Positions 8,977-19,041 of a stretch of DNA of 64,000 nucleotides are shown one piece after another. This DNA is from Bacteriovoracia bacterium. GTDB taxonomy: Bacteria; Bdellovibrionota; UBA1018; CAIPTA01. Within the stretch, counting starts at the first letter, position 1. Every line of letters starts with the position of its first letter. The translations under genes and the position numbers were made by a program. The notes under the pieces are model-generated. The model was not told the DNA's origin, did not search any database, and saw nothing but the letters and a program-made list of their open reading frames with translations. Location: positions 64,001 through 128,000 of the forward strand of contig JBFWVL010000002.1 of the NCBI GenBank assembly GCA_050246755.1, given 5' to 3'.

Positions 8977-9810
8977 ATGGGTAAAGTAAGCCAAAAATTG
9001 CAGTTCGTTTGCCCGATCGACGGCCTTCCCCTCGCGAAGGAAGGAAATTCCCTTCGCTGCGAAAAGAAGCATACCTACGATCTGGCCAAAGAAGGTTACT
9101 GCAATCTATTGCTCGTGCAGCAAAAGAATTCCCTCGATCCCGGAGACAATAAGGAGATGGTGGCGGCGCGAAGGCGTTTTCTCGACGGGGGATTTTACGC
9201 GCCCATCGCCGAAAAACTTTCCACCCTTGTTTCTTCCATTACCGGGCATACCGGATTCAGCATCGCCGACGCCGGCTGCGGGGAGGGATACTACCTCGAT
9301 TACCTAAATAAAGCGGGGCACTATAATCTGGCCGGTTTCGATATTTCGAAGTGGGCCGTGCAGGCGGCGGCGAAAAGAAATCCCAGGCTGAGCTGGGCGG
9401 TGGCCAGCAATCGCAAAATTCCTTTTGCGCCGGGAAGCGTGGATTTGATCCTCTCGCTCTTTGGCTTTCCGCTCTGGGATAGCTTTCGGAAAGTTCTCGG
9501 GAAGGAGGGGCTTGTTCTCCTCGTGGATCCGGCTCCCGGGCATTTACTAGAACTAAGAAAGATTATCTATCCGGTGGTAAATGCAACGGAGCTCTATTCG
9601 CTTCGCGAGGCGGAGGCGAGTGGATTTCGCCTCGCGAAAGAAGAGGTGCTCAATTTTTCTATTTCCTTAAATAGCCAAGAGCAAATCCAAGACCTATTGG
9701 CTATGACTCCCCATGCGCACCGGATCGGCCAAGAGGGGCGCGAGGCGCTTGGCAAATTGCGGCAGCTTACGGTGACGGCTGAAGTAGTGCTCCGTGTGAT
9801 TGCCGTCTGA
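8977..9810 (+). CDS. rlmA: 23S rRNA m1G methyltransferase RlmA-like
   Basis: N-terminal Zn site CP..C..H.YD.AKEGY.NLL, PGDNKEMVAARRRFL, DAGCGEGYY, MTPH. Confidence 0.9.
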   Translation: MGKVSQKLQFVCPIDGLPLAKEGNSLRCEKKHTYDLAKEGYCNLLLVQQKNSLDPGDNKEMVAARRRFLDGGFYAPIAEKLSTLVSSITGHTGFSIADAGCGEGYYLDYLNKAGHYNLAGFDISKWAVQAAAKRNPRLSWAVASNRKIPFAPGSVDLILSLFGFPLWDSFRKVLGKEGLVLLVDPAPGHLLELRKIIYPVVNATELYSLREAEASGFRLAKEEVLNFSISLNSQEQIQDLLAMTPHAHRIGQEGREALGKLRQLTVTAEVVLRVIAV

Positions 9811-9817
9811 CTATTTC

Positions 9818-10408
9818 CTAGTTCGCCTTGCGGCAGCTGCCGTTGGCCTGGCAGCTCATGATCTGCTGGCGAAGCTCCATGAGCTCCTGCAGGTCCATTT
9901 CGAGGGCCATATCGAAGCCGGCGCGGTCGGCGCCTTCGCTGGAAATCGAGATAAAGTTAGTTACGCTGGCGAATTGGCTCTTGCTGTAGTGCTGGCCGTT
10001 CTTCGTGGCCCAGAGGTTTACGTCGTCGCCGGTGCCGATCACCGAGAGAAAACGGGATCTTTGCTTATTGGCCTTATTTTTAGCGCTGTTGAAGTTGCTC
10101 CAGCACTTCACTTCACCTACCAGCACGGCTTTCATGGTGGGTTTTTCGAATACCACCACGTCTAATTCACCTTCGGTGGCGCGGTTGCGGCCGTAGGCGA
10201 TGCCGTTGGTGATTGCGTAGCGATTTTCGGGATAATCTTTCATGAGCTCCAGGCGGGCCACTTGTTCACAGATGGTCCCCACCACGGTCATGTTCTCGCC
10301 GCTGTCGCGGAGTAGGGCGAAGGCTTGGCTTTGGCTCAAAGCGAAGGCCGAAGGAGAGAGGAAAACAAGCAAGCAGGCGAACGCAAAACAATTGCGGAAA
10401 GTGGACAT
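9818..10408 (-). CDS. Exported hypothetical protein with PD-(D/E)XK-like motif
   Basis: Signal peptide ending SAFA; CEQ...GELDVVVF...GEVKCW. Start set at MSTFR, which has GAGG upstream. Confidence 0.7.
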   Translation of the reverse strand: MSTFRNCFAFACLLVFLSPSAFALSQSQAFALLRDSGENMTVVGTICEQVARLELMKDYPENRYAITNGIAYGRNRATEGELDVVVFEKPTMKAVLVGEVKCWSNFNSAKNKANKQRSRFLSVIGTGDDVNLWATKNGQHYSKSQFASVTNFISISSEGADRAGFDMALEMDLQELMELRQQIMSCQANGSCRKAN

Positions 10409-10649
10409 CGTAACCTCGTAGGCAAGCATTGCGGTGCTTGGTAGAAACGCCGAGCCAATTCTCGGCTTATACAAAGGACGCAGGGGTTGTAACGCTGATT
10501 TTGCCTTATTGCACCCATTTAATGGTTTGATGCAAGTCATTAATTTTAAAAGAAAAATAACTCGCTCGGTTGTAAATAAAAATCGCCCGAGAGGAGGGGG
10601 CTCTTTTTTGATTCTTGGGATTCTAAACCCTCTTCGCTACCATGGCCTC

Positions 10650-11468
10650 ATGCAATTGCAGCCAAATGAAGCGCAGCCCGGCTTGCGCGAACCACTGCGC
10701 TTCACACGCAAAACCTTCGGCGCATTGATCGCGCTCGCGGCGGTGATCGCCCTTTTGGCCATTACCCGCAATGACCTGGCTTCGGCGGAATGGAATGCCA
10801 TCTTCGGCCACGGGAACTGGGCGGTTCGCATGGACTGGCTGCTCTTTGGAATCTTCCTGTTTTTTTTGATCTGTACCTCTCTGGATCCCAATCTGCGATT
10901 GGATCTTGCCACCGTGGCGGCGGGTTTCGCGGGCGGAACAGTGATTGAGATCTGGGGCACCCAGACCGGCCTTTGGTATTACTATACGGGCGAGAAGCCT
11001 CCGCTATGGATATTGCCGGCCTGGAGCGCCTCCGCCCTCGCTAACGAAAAATTGCAGCGGGCGATAATGAGGCTTTTACCAGAATCTTGGCGGGAGAAAA
11101 TCATCAGCGATGCCGGGGGAGGAAGGGAGGTAAGGGTTCTGCACGCCTTCATCGCGGCGCCGTTACTCCTGTTTTTTCTGTATTGGTCGAGCCCCACGAT
11201 CACGCAACCTATTTCGATCGCCGTCACCCTGCTGATCTTTACTGCGATTTGTCGCCATCGCTTTCCTTACTATGCTTTCTCTCTATTTTTTGCGGGCGCA
11301 GTGCTGGGTATTTTTTTAGAAATTTGGGGCACTACGCGTCATTGCTGGAATTATTACGACGGAAAAACTCCTTCTCCATTTCCTATCTTAGGGCACGGAA
11401 TGGCGGGGGTCGCTTTTTGGCGCCTAAAAGGCTTTATGAGAAGCCTTTTTTCCTTCTTAAAAGCCTAA
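10650..11468 (+). CDS. Membrane protein with internal duplication (EIWGTxTxxWxYY twice)
   Basis: IEIWGTQTGLWYYYTGEKPP and LEIWGTTRHCWNYYDGKTPS; several TM segments. Confidence 0.75.
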   Translation: MQLQPNEAQPGLREPLRFTRKTFGALIALAAVIALLAITRNDLASAEWNAIFGHGNWAVRMDWLLFGIFLFFLICTSLDPNLRLDLATVAAGFAGGTVIEIWGTQTGLWYYYTGEKPPLWILPAWSASALANEKLQRAIMRLLPESWREKIISDAGGGREVRVLHAFIAAPLLLFFLYWSSPTITQPISIAVTLLIFTAICRHRFPYYAFSLFFAGAVLGIFLEIWGTTRHCWNYYDGKTPSPFPILGHGMAGVAFWRLKGFMRSLFSFLKA

Positions 11469-11596
11469 AATTTACTGCGTATTTCAAGAGAGGCGCGGAG
11501 ATTCGCCGCATGCCGATCCTGAACCGGTGTTTTGGTCTATTTGCGACTAAAATCATGCTAAGTCGCATATAGCCAAAACTAACCGAAGGTGATCCT

Positions 11597-14500
11597 TTGA
11601 CGCACGTAGACTCTCCTACTTTTAAACGCATCCTTTTACGCAACCTCGCGCTCCCCCTTTTTATGAGCGCATTATTGGTGGCGATTTTTATTGGGGTACT
11701 TAGCTACTTACTCGCGAGAAACGCCGAAATCGCGGAGATCGACCTCGCCATTAGCGAAGAAACCGAAACCTTGAAGCTGGTAGTAGATGCCGAAACCGGG
11801 CTGCGCGGTTTTCTTTTAGGAAAAGACAAAACCTACTTGGATCCTTATACCACCGGCGTAGCCCAGATTGGCGGCCGTTTCGATTCGCTGGAAAAGCATC
11901 TCCAAGCCACGATCGGCGAGTCTCACTCTCTGCGCAGTGTTCGAGAAAAGTTTGACCGCTGGAATAAAGCGGCGGAAGTGGCCATCGAAAGGGGCACGAA
12001 GGGGCACGCCTCCGATAACCAAGGAATGCTCAGCCGCAAAGATGACATGGACTCCATCCGTGCAGATTTTGGCGCCATTCACCAAAAATTGGAAACTAGC
12101 CGCAGCGAATTGGCAGCGGTCGCCGATACGCGTTCGCGGCAGGTAGCGCTCGGTACGGCACTGTTCACGTTAGTGATCGGGGCTTTCATGGCGCTCTCGG
12201 GGCGTAGCCAGTTGATCGCTTTGTCCAGTTCCTACGAAGAATCGATGGCCGTGCAGGCCAAGCAAAACGAGCTGCTCGCTAAAAGCGCGTGGATTAAAAG
12301 CGGGCAGGCACAGCTGGCGGAAAAGGTGCGCGGGGATTTGAGCCGGGAGGTTCTCACCAAGCAAATTTTGAATTTTCTTGCAGGCTATTCCGGGGCCCAG
12401 GTGGGAGCATTTTACACTAAAAATCAGCTGAACCGTTTCGAGCGCACCGCGCAGTTTGCCTATGCGGAAAATGAGTTAGGCGTGCAGAGAAGAGAATTTG
12501 CCTACGGCGAAGGCCTGGTAGGGCAGACGGCGGAGACGCGTACGATTTTAAGCCTATCGAATATTCCGGATAACTACGTGAAGGTGACTTCCGGTACCGG
12601 CGATGCCCTGCCGCGGCACCTCATCCTGGCTCCGGCTTACGCGGATGGAGTTTCTCAAGGGGTAATCGAGCTGGCCTTCCTACAGCATCCCAAGGAAGAA
12701 GTCTTGGCGCTGCTCGACGGCTCGGCCGAGATCATCGGAAATGCCGTGCAGTCGATGATTTTCCGCACCCGCTTGCAACAGCTTCTCGAAGAAAGCCAGC
12801 AACTGACCGAAGAGCTGCAGGCCCAGCAGGAAGAGCTGCGGGTTTCGAACGAAGAGTTGGAGGAAAGAACGAGAGTCTTGCAGGAGACTCAGTCGCGACT
12901 CGAAAGCCAGCATGCGGAACTGGAACAGACCAACGAGCAGCTCGAGGAACAAGCCAGCGTGCTCGAAGAGCAAAAACGGAACCTGGATTCCCAAAATCGC
13001 GTGCTCGAAGACGCAAGCCGCGAAATCGAAAAGAAAGCGACGGAGCTCGAATCGGCGAGCCGCTACAAATCGGAATTTTTGGCTAATATGTCGCATGAGC
13101 TGCGCACTCCGCTCAACTCCACCCTCATCTTGGCCACTCTCCTCAAAAATAATTCCACGGGGAACCTTACCGAAGAGCAGATCGAGTTCGCGAATACGAT
13201 TTATTCTTCCGGCAATGATCTGCTCCAGCTGATCAACGATATCCTCGATCTCTCCAAAGTGGAGTCGGGAAACCTAGAGATTTTGCCCGAGCCGATCGAA
13301 GTGAAAGATATGCTCATCGGCCTTGAGCGCACGATGCGACCGGCCGCCGGCCAGAAAAAAATCGATTTCCGCCTAGCGGAAAATAGGGGCCCAAAGGTGG
13401 TGGTATCTGACCGCCAGCGCGTGGAGCAAATTCTAAAAAATCTGCTTTCGAACGCGATTAAGTTCACCGAGCATGGCCACGTAGAGCTGAGCTGTGAAAA
13501 AGACGGCGAAGACCGGGTGCGGTTCCGGGTGCGCGATACCGGGATCGGAATCGATCCCAGCCAGCAGCAAATTATCTTCGAGGCATTCCGCCAGGCAGAC
13601 GGCACCACGAGCCGCAAATTCGGCGGAACGGGGCTGGGGCTTTCGATCTCGCTTAACCTAGCTCGTCTATTGGGAGGAACGATTTCGGTGGAGAGCGCCC
13701 CGGGCAGAGGAAGTGTGTTCACGCTGGAGCTGCCGCTTAAGTACGAAAAAATGAAGGCGGAAACTCAGCTTCCGCACGCCGCCGTGCTCCCGCCTCCGCG
13801 CACCGAGACGGCGAGTGCCCCCGCGCAGAAGCCCGCCAAGAGAACCAAGCCGGAAAGGCTCACGGGGGTGCCCTTCGAGGATGACCGCGAAAAAATTAAG
13901 CCCGGAGACCGAAGGGTGCTCTTGGTGGTGGAAGACGAGCCTAAATTCGCCCACCTGCTTTATAAATTCGCCCATGAGTTTAAGTACAATTGCCTGGTGG
14001 TAGACAATATCGCCGAGGGCTTCAAGAGTGCCGAAGAATTTTTGCCCACCGCGATCATTCTCGACGTGAAATTGCCGGATGGATCTGGCCTAGCCCTCCT
14101 CGATCGCCTGAAGCAAAATCCTCGCACCCGTCATATTCCGGTATACGGATTATCCGTGCAGGACTATTCGATGGAGGCCCTTCACCTCGGCGCTGCCGGC
14201 TTCGGGCTCAAGCCTCATGATGCCGATGAGCTTCGCAAGGTTTTTGAAAAAATCGAGGCCAAGATGCGGGCTCAGACCAAGCGCGTGCTCGTGGTGGAAG
14301 ACGATCCAGTGCAACGCGCGGGAATCGAGCGATTGGTAGGGGAAAAAGGCGTAGAGATCATCTCGGTAGGCGCCGGCCAAGAGGCCCTCGAGCAGCTAGG
14401 GAAAACCGTATTCGATTGCATGATCATGGACCTGCGCCTACCCGATATGGAGGGCAATGAGTTGCTCGAACGCATGGTGAAGAATTCCGCGGCGCCAATT

Positions 14501-15097
14501 CCGCCGGTGGTGGTGTATACCGGCAAAGAAATCGACCGTCGGGAAGAGGAAGCTTTGTCCCGTTATTCTAGGAGCATCATCATCAAGGGCGCTAGATCGC
14601 CCGAGCGCCTCCTGGATGAAGTAACGCTTTTCCTGCATCAGCCGGAAGCCGAGCTCTCGGCCGAACGCCAAAAAATGCTCCGTTCCTCCCGTAACCGGGA
14701 GAGGGCCTTCGATGGGCGTAAGATTTTGCTCGTGGACGACGATGTTCGGAATATTTTCGCGCTCACGAACGCGCTGGAGCAAAAGGGCGCCTCGATCGTG
14801 ATCGCGCGCAATGGGCGCGAGGCGATCGAAAAAGTGAATACGGAATCCGAGCTCGATCTTATCCTCATGGACGTGATGATGCCGGAGATGGACGGACTCG
14901 AGGCTACGCGCAGAATCCGATCCGGAGCGCGCTCGCCGGAGATTCCCGTTATTGCCGTGACCGCCAAAGCAATGCGCGATGACTACGAAAAATGCCTGGA
15001 AGCTGGTGCAAATGACTACCTCGCTAAACCCGTAGACGTGGAAAAGCTAGTCTCTCTGATCCGTGTGTGGCTCCCTAAAAGGCTGGGGGGAGCTTGA
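11597..15097 (+). CDS. Hybrid histidine kinase: CHASE3-GAF-coiled coil-HisKA-HATPase-3x receiver
   Basis: DAETGLRGFLL (CHASE3), FLANMSHELRTPL, NAIKFT, GGTGLGL and three REC domains. Confidence 0.95.
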   Translation: MTHVDSPTFKRILLRNLALPLFMSALLVAIFIGVLSYLLARNAEIAEIDLAISEETETLKLVVDAETGLRGFLLGKDKTYLDPYTTGVAQIGGRFDSLEKHLQATIGESHSLRSVREKFDRWNKAAEVAIERGTKGHASDNQGMLSRKDDMDSIRADFGAIHQKLETSRSELAAVADTRSRQVALGTALFTLVIGAFMALSGRSQLIALSSSYEESMAVQAKQNELLAKSAWIKSGQAQLAEKVRGDLSREVLTKQILNFLAGYSGAQVGAFYTKNQLNRFERTAQFAYAENELGVQRREFAYGEGLVGQTAETRTILSLSNIPDNYVKVTSGTGDALPRHLILAPAYADGVSQGVIELAFLQHPKEEVLALLDGSAEIIGNAVQSMIFRTRLQQLLEESQQLTEELQAQQEELRVSNEELEERTRVLQETQSRLESQHAELEQTNEQLEEQASVLEEQKRNLDSQNRVLEDASREIEKKATELESASRYKSEFLANMSHELRTPLNSTLILATLLKNNSTGNLTEEQIEFANTIYSSGNDLLQLINDILDLSKVESGNLEILPEPIEVKDMLIGLERTMRPAAGQKKIDFRLAENRGPKVVVSDRQRVEQILKNLLSNAIKFTEHGHVELSCEKDGEDRVRFRVRDTGIGIDPSQQQIIFEAFRQADGTTSRKFGGTGLGLSISLNLARLLGGTISVESAPGRGSVFTLELPLKYEKMKAETQLPHAAVLPPPRTETASAPAQKPAKRTKPERLTGVPFEDDREKIKPGDRRVLLVVEDEPKFAHLLYKFAHEFKYNCLVVDNIAEGFKSAEEFLPTAIILDVKLPDGSGLALLDRLKQNPRTRHIPVYGLSVQDYSMEALHLGAAGFGLKPHDADELRKVFEKIEAKMRAQTKRVLVVEDDPVQRAGIERLVGEKGVEIISVGAGQEALEQLGKTVFDCMIMDLRLPDMEGNELLERMVKNSAAPIPPVVVYTGKEIDRREEEALSRYSRSIIIKGARSPERLLDEVTLFLHQPEAELSAERQKMLRSSRNRERAFDGRKILLVDDDVRNIFALTNALEQKGASIVIARNGREAIEKVNTESELDLILMDVMMPEMDGLEATRRIRSGARSPEIPVIAVTAKAMRDDYEKCLEAGANDYLAKPVDVEKLVSLIRVWLPKRLGGA

Positions 15098-15921
15098 GCC
15101 GAGATACCGACACATGGGAGTTTGAGATAAAATTGCTCCTCGAGGCGATTTTCTTCAAGTACAGGAGCGACTTCCGTCATTACTCCACCTCGTCGATACG
15201 CCGCCGTCTCGGCATCGCGCTCCCTAAGCTCGGCCTGCAGACGATCAGCCAGCTCCAGGATAAAATTTTGGCGGATCCCGCCGTGTTCGATTTTATTTTA
15301 CAGCACCTGAGCGTGCCTACCACCGAGATGTTCCGAGATCCCTCTTATTTCGCGGCATTACGCACGGAGGTGTTTCCGGTTCTCGCTACCTACCCGTCGC
15401 TGAAGATCTGGTCGGCGGGCTGCAGTACGGGGGAGGAGGTTTTCTCGCTGGCGATTCTGCTCCACGAGGAACGACTCCTGAGCCGGTCATTGATCTACGC
15501 CACGGACATTAATCCGGCGAGCCTGCGTAGCGCGCAGGCGGGAATTCTCGCGCAGGACGAGCTCGCCAAATTCACCGCAAACTACCAGAAGGCGGGCGGT
15601 AAGGCGGCCTTTTCGGATTATTATACCGCGGGAGAAAAAGGCGCCTTTCTGCACCAGGAGCTGCTCGATCGCATGGTATTCGCCGATCATAGCTTAGCCA
15701 CCGACAGCGTGTTCGCCGAGGTGCAGCTGGTTTCGTGTCGCAATGTGCTTATCTATTTTACCAAGCCTTTGCAGGACCGAGCGTTCGGACTTTTTCATGA
15801 TTCGCTATCGAAGCGCGGCTTCCTTGGCATCGGCTCTAAAGAGTCGGTACGTTTTTCTACTTACCGCGATCAGTTCCAAGAGTTCGACGCGCGCCAAAAA
15901 ATCTACCGGAAGGCCCAATAG
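15094..15921 (+). CDS. cheR: CheR-type protein-glutamate methyltransferase
   Basis: TEMFRD, WSAGCSTGEE, ATDIN, CRNVLIYF. Confidence 0.95.
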   Translation: MSRDTDTWEFEIKLLLEAIFFKYRSDFRHYSTSSIRRRLGIALPKLGLQTISQLQDKILADPAVFDFILQHLSVPTTEMFRDPSYFAALRTEVFPVLATYPSLKIWSAGCSTGEEVFSLAILLHEERLLSRSLIYATDINPASLRSAQAGILAQDELAKFTANYQKAGGKAAFSDYYTAGEKGAFLHQELLDRMVFADHSLATDSVFAEVQLVSCRNVLIYFTKPLQDRAFGLFHDSLSKRGFLGIGSKESVRFSTYRDQFQEFDARQKIYRKAQ

Positions 15922-16521
15922 ATGCTTATTCCCGCAGAAATTGGAAAACAAATAGATTTCGTGGCGATTGGGTGCTCGGCCGGGGGCTTCGATGCTCTGC
16001 GTATGATCCTTCCAAAGCTGCCCGCCGACTTCGATAAGGCCGTGGTGGTGCTGATTCATCTGTCGCCCGACAGAGAATCGCTCGTAGCCCAAAATTTTCA
16101 GGGACGCTGCCTCATCCCGGTAAAAGAAGCCGAAGATAAGGAAGTGATCGCGGGAGGAAATATTTATATCGCCCCCCCGAATTATCATCTTTTGGCGGAA
16201 CCCGGCGGATCTTTCTCTTTGAGCGTAGATGAGCCCGAGAACTGCTCTCGGCCTTCCATCGACGTATTGATGGATACCGCCGCCCACGTGTACGGGCCCA
16301 GAATGATCGGGGTATTGCTTACCGGCGCCAATGCCGACGGAGCGCGCGGCTTAGCAAAAGTTAAGGAACTAGGCGGGATTGCGGTCGTAGAGGATCCCGC
16401 CACCGCCATGTATCCACAAATGCCGGGGGCCGGCCTGGAAGTGGCGAGGCCCCAATTGGTAATGCCGGTGGCGATGATTGCCGACTGGCTGGCGGCCTTG
16501 GCGAAAAAGGAAGGGAAGTGA
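15922..16521 (+). CDS. cheB: CheB-type methylesterase (no receiver domain)
   Basis: GCSAGG, IHL, APPNYHL, RPSIDVL, LTGANADG. Confidence 0.93.
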   Translation: MLIPAEIGKQIDFVAIGCSAGGFDALRMILPKLPADFDKAVVVLIHLSPDRESLVAQNFQGRCLIPVKEAEDKEVIAGGNIYIAPPNYHLLAEPGGSFSLSVDEPENCSRPSIDVLMDTAAHVYGPRMIGVLLTGANADGARGLAKVKELGGIAVVEDPATAMYPQMPGAGLEVARPQLVMPVAMIADWLAALAKKEGK

Positions 16522-17726
16522 ACGTGAAAGATATCAAAGTTCTCCTCGTGGACGACCGGGAAGAAAATCTTCTGGCGCTGGAAGGCCTGCTCAAGGGGTC
16601 GGTGGGTCAGGTGGTTCGCGCCCGCTCCGGCAGAGAAGCCCTGGAGAGCCTCCTGCAGCACGAATTCGCCGTGGCGGTAGTGGACGTGCAAATGCCCGAG
16701 ATGGATGGATTTGAGCTCGCGGAGCTCATGCGCGGTAACGAAAGAACTCGCACGGTGCCGATCATCTTCGTGACGGCCGGAGCCCATAGCCGTTCTAGTA
16801 CCTTTCGTGGATACGAGAGTGGGGCGGTGGATTTTCTCAATAAGCCGTTGGATCCGCACGTCGTAAAGAGTAAAATTCAAGTTTTCATCGAGCTAGCTAA
16901 GCAAGGCCAGCTCGTGAAGGAGCAGCTCGCGGAAACACAGGAGGCGCTCCGAGACCGCGACTCCGCGCTTAAGGCCGCCCGTGAGGCGTTGCAGTCGCGT
17001 GACGAATTTCTTTCGATTGCCAGTCACGAGCTTAAAACGCCGCTCACGAGTTTGTTTCTGCAGCTGCAGATGATGGACCGTATTCTGAAAAAAAATATCG
17101 GTCTGAGCGATGATTCCAAGAGCCGGGAGACGTTCGCTAAGTACCTTGAACGCTTCACGGGCTCGATCGATAACGCTCTCCGCCAGAGCACGAAGCTTTC
17201 TTCGCTGCTCGATGAGCTGCTCGATCTCACGCGAATTCGTCTCGGCAAGTTATCCCTCCAGAAGAGCGAAGTAGACGTTTACCAACTCGTTTCCGAAGCT
17301 TTCGATCGGATCAATGCGCTGGCGCAAAAGGCAAAAATTGAAATGGCCTTCGATTGCCCCAAAGGCTTGACCGGCTTTTGGGATCCGGTGCGTATCGACC
17401 AAGTGATCTCCAATCTGCTCACTAACGGTATCAAATACGGCGGCGGCTCGGCCGTGACCATGACGGTAAAAAAAGCGGGCATGGACGCGGTGGTCATTTC
17501 CGTGGAAGATCGCGGCCCCGGAATCCCCCATGAGCTCCAGGACAAAATTTTTGAGCGCTTCGAGCGCGCCGTTTCCGGAAATCAGATATCCGGGTTGGGT
17601 CTCGGCCTCTATATTTCGCGGCAAATTGCGGAAGCGCACCAAGGCTCGATTCAGGTGCGTAGCGAAGAGGGCAAGGGCGCTTGTTTTGAGGTTACCCTGC
17701 CGTTAGGAAGAAAGGAGGGGGCGTGA
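16518..17726 (+). CDS. Receiver-histidine kinase hybrid
   Basis: LLVDD...DVQMP receiver domain; ASHELKTPL; GLGLGL. Confidence 0.95.
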   Translation: MNVKDIKVLLVDDREENLLALEGLLKGSVGQVVRARSGREALESLLQHEFAVAVVDVQMPEMDGFELAELMRGNERTRTVPIIFVTAGAHSRSSTFRGYESGAVDFLNKPLDPHVVKSKIQVFIELAKQGQLVKEQLAETQEALRDRDSALKAAREALQSRDEFLSIASHELKTPLTSLFLQLQMMDRILKKNIGLSDDSKSRETFAKYLERFTGSIDNALRQSTKLSSLLDELLDLTRIRLGKLSLQKSEVDVYQLVSEAFDRINALAQKAKIEMAFDCPKGLTGFWDPVRIDQVISNLLTNGIKYGGGSAVTMTVKKAGMDAVVISVEDRGPGIPHELQDKIFERFERAVSGNQISGLGLGLYISRQIAEAHQGSIQVRSEEGKGACFEVTLPLGRKEGA

Positions 17727-18109
17727 AGAATATCATGGTAGTGGAAGACGATGACGATATTCGGGATGTGCTCGAATCCGTGCTTAGCGATGAGGGGTAT
17801 TTGGTAAACAGTTTCGAAAGTCTTCCGGCCGCTTCCGATTGGCTCGCCGGCGAGGAGGCGCGTCCCGATCTTATTCTTTTGGATTTTATGTTCCCCCAGG
17901 GAAATAGCTCCAACTTTTTAGCCGCTCTACAGCTACGCGCCAACCGCGTGCCCGTATTGCTCATGTCGGCCGGAAACAGCGTAATCCTCGGTGGCGATGC
18001 CGACCGCGCCGACGGGTTTATTAGCAAACCCATCCAAATAGACACGCTTCTCGGGGAAATTGGGAAATGGGTCTCGCATGGCCAGTCGCCTTTCGGGCCC
18101 TGCGGTTAA
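17723..18109 (+). CDS. Single-domain response regulator
   Basis: VVEDD, LLDFMFP, SKP. Confidence 0.9.
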   Translation: MKNIMVVEDDDDIRDVLESVLSDEGYLVNSFESLPAASDWLAGEEARPDLILLDFMFPQGNSSNFLAALQLRANRVPVLLMSAGNSVILGGDADRADGFISKPIQIDTLLGEIGKWVSHGQSPFGPCG

Positions 18110-18576
18110 AGGGTTTTTCGCATCTCGATATTGCAGCGCTCGTAGTCTGGGTGCGGACCGAGATGGGTAACGGTATAGCCATGCTTCCGGTAGAGCGAAA
18201 TTGCCGGCTCGAGCACGGTATTGGAGAGAATTAAGATTTCGTTGGCGCCTTTTTCTTTGGCCCACGCTTCGGCCTTCTCCATGAGCAGATCGCCATAACC
18301 TAAACCGCGATAATTGGGATCCACGGCCATTTTCGCCAGTTCAAATTGCCGGGGGCCGGTTTTATACATTGCGCAGGTGCCCACTGCTTCACCTTCCACT
18401 ACCACGAAAAATATTTCACCGCCCCCGCGCAGGCATTCTTCCGGATTATTCACCTGCTCTAAGTCTTTTTTCTCTACGCGAAAATATTGCTCGATCCAGG
18501 CGAGATTCAGGCGCTTGAAAGCCGGGTTAAAGCTCGGGTTATGGGTTCGCAGTTCTTGAATGGGTTTTGCGCTCAT
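18106..18576 (-). CDS. GNAT acetyltransferase
   Basis: ELAKMAVDPNYRGLGYG; AISLYRKHGY. Confidence 0.93.
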   Translation of the reverse strand: MSAKPIQELRTHNPSFNPAFKRLNLAWIEQYFRVEKKDLEQVNNPEECLRGGGEIFFVVVEGEAVGTCAMYKTGPRQFELAKMAVDPNYRGLGYGDLLMEKAEAWAKEKGANEILILSNTVLEPAISLYRKHGYTVTHLGPHPDYERCNIEMRKTL

Positions 18577-18657
18577 GCGGATTTTTTATCTGGATCCGCG
18601 GGAAAGGGAAAGTAGCAATTTTTTTGTGACTAGTATGGTTTGTGATACTAGAGGGCT

Positions 18658-19014
18658 ATGAAAAAGAAAAAATTTAACTGCCCCGCCGAGCTGACCGTGC
18701 ATTTGATGGGGGGTAAATGGAAAGCAGTTCTTCTCTATAACCTGCGCAAAGGCCCCCGGCGTTTTGGCGAGCTGCGGAGATTCAGCCCCGGGATTTCCAC
18801 CGCCACGCTCACCGGCCAGCTCCGGGAAATGGAAGACACGGGGCTTATTAAACGGCGCGTGATAAATCCTTTACCGAATTTGGCGGTGGAATATGCCCTC
18901 ACGGAAAAAGGGGAATCGCTGCGCCCTATTTTGACCGCCATGATTCGCTGGGGCATTGCCCACCAACGGGACTATATTTTGGGTGAGTTCGGGATGGCTA
19001 TTTTCAAAAAGTAG
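18658..19014 (+). CDS. HxlR-family winged-helix regulator
   Basis: CPAE...GGKWK, RFGELRR, VEYALTEKG; divergent from the GNAT gene. Confidence 0.93.
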   Translation: MKKKKFNCPAELTVHLMGGKWKAVLLYNLRKGPRRFGELRRFSPGISTATLTGQLREMEDTGLIKRRVINPLPNLAVEYALTEKGESLRPILTAMIRWGIAHQRDYILGEFGMAIFKK

Positions 19015-19041
19015 CCTATCCTTTAGCAAAATGGAGTTGCC

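Noticed and set aside
7735-10408. Restriction-modification system (MTase plus PD-(D/E)XK protein)
   Set aside because: The genes are separated by yaeQ-rlmA and on opposite strands, the nuclease-like protein has a signal peptide, and the MTase motif is non-canonical.
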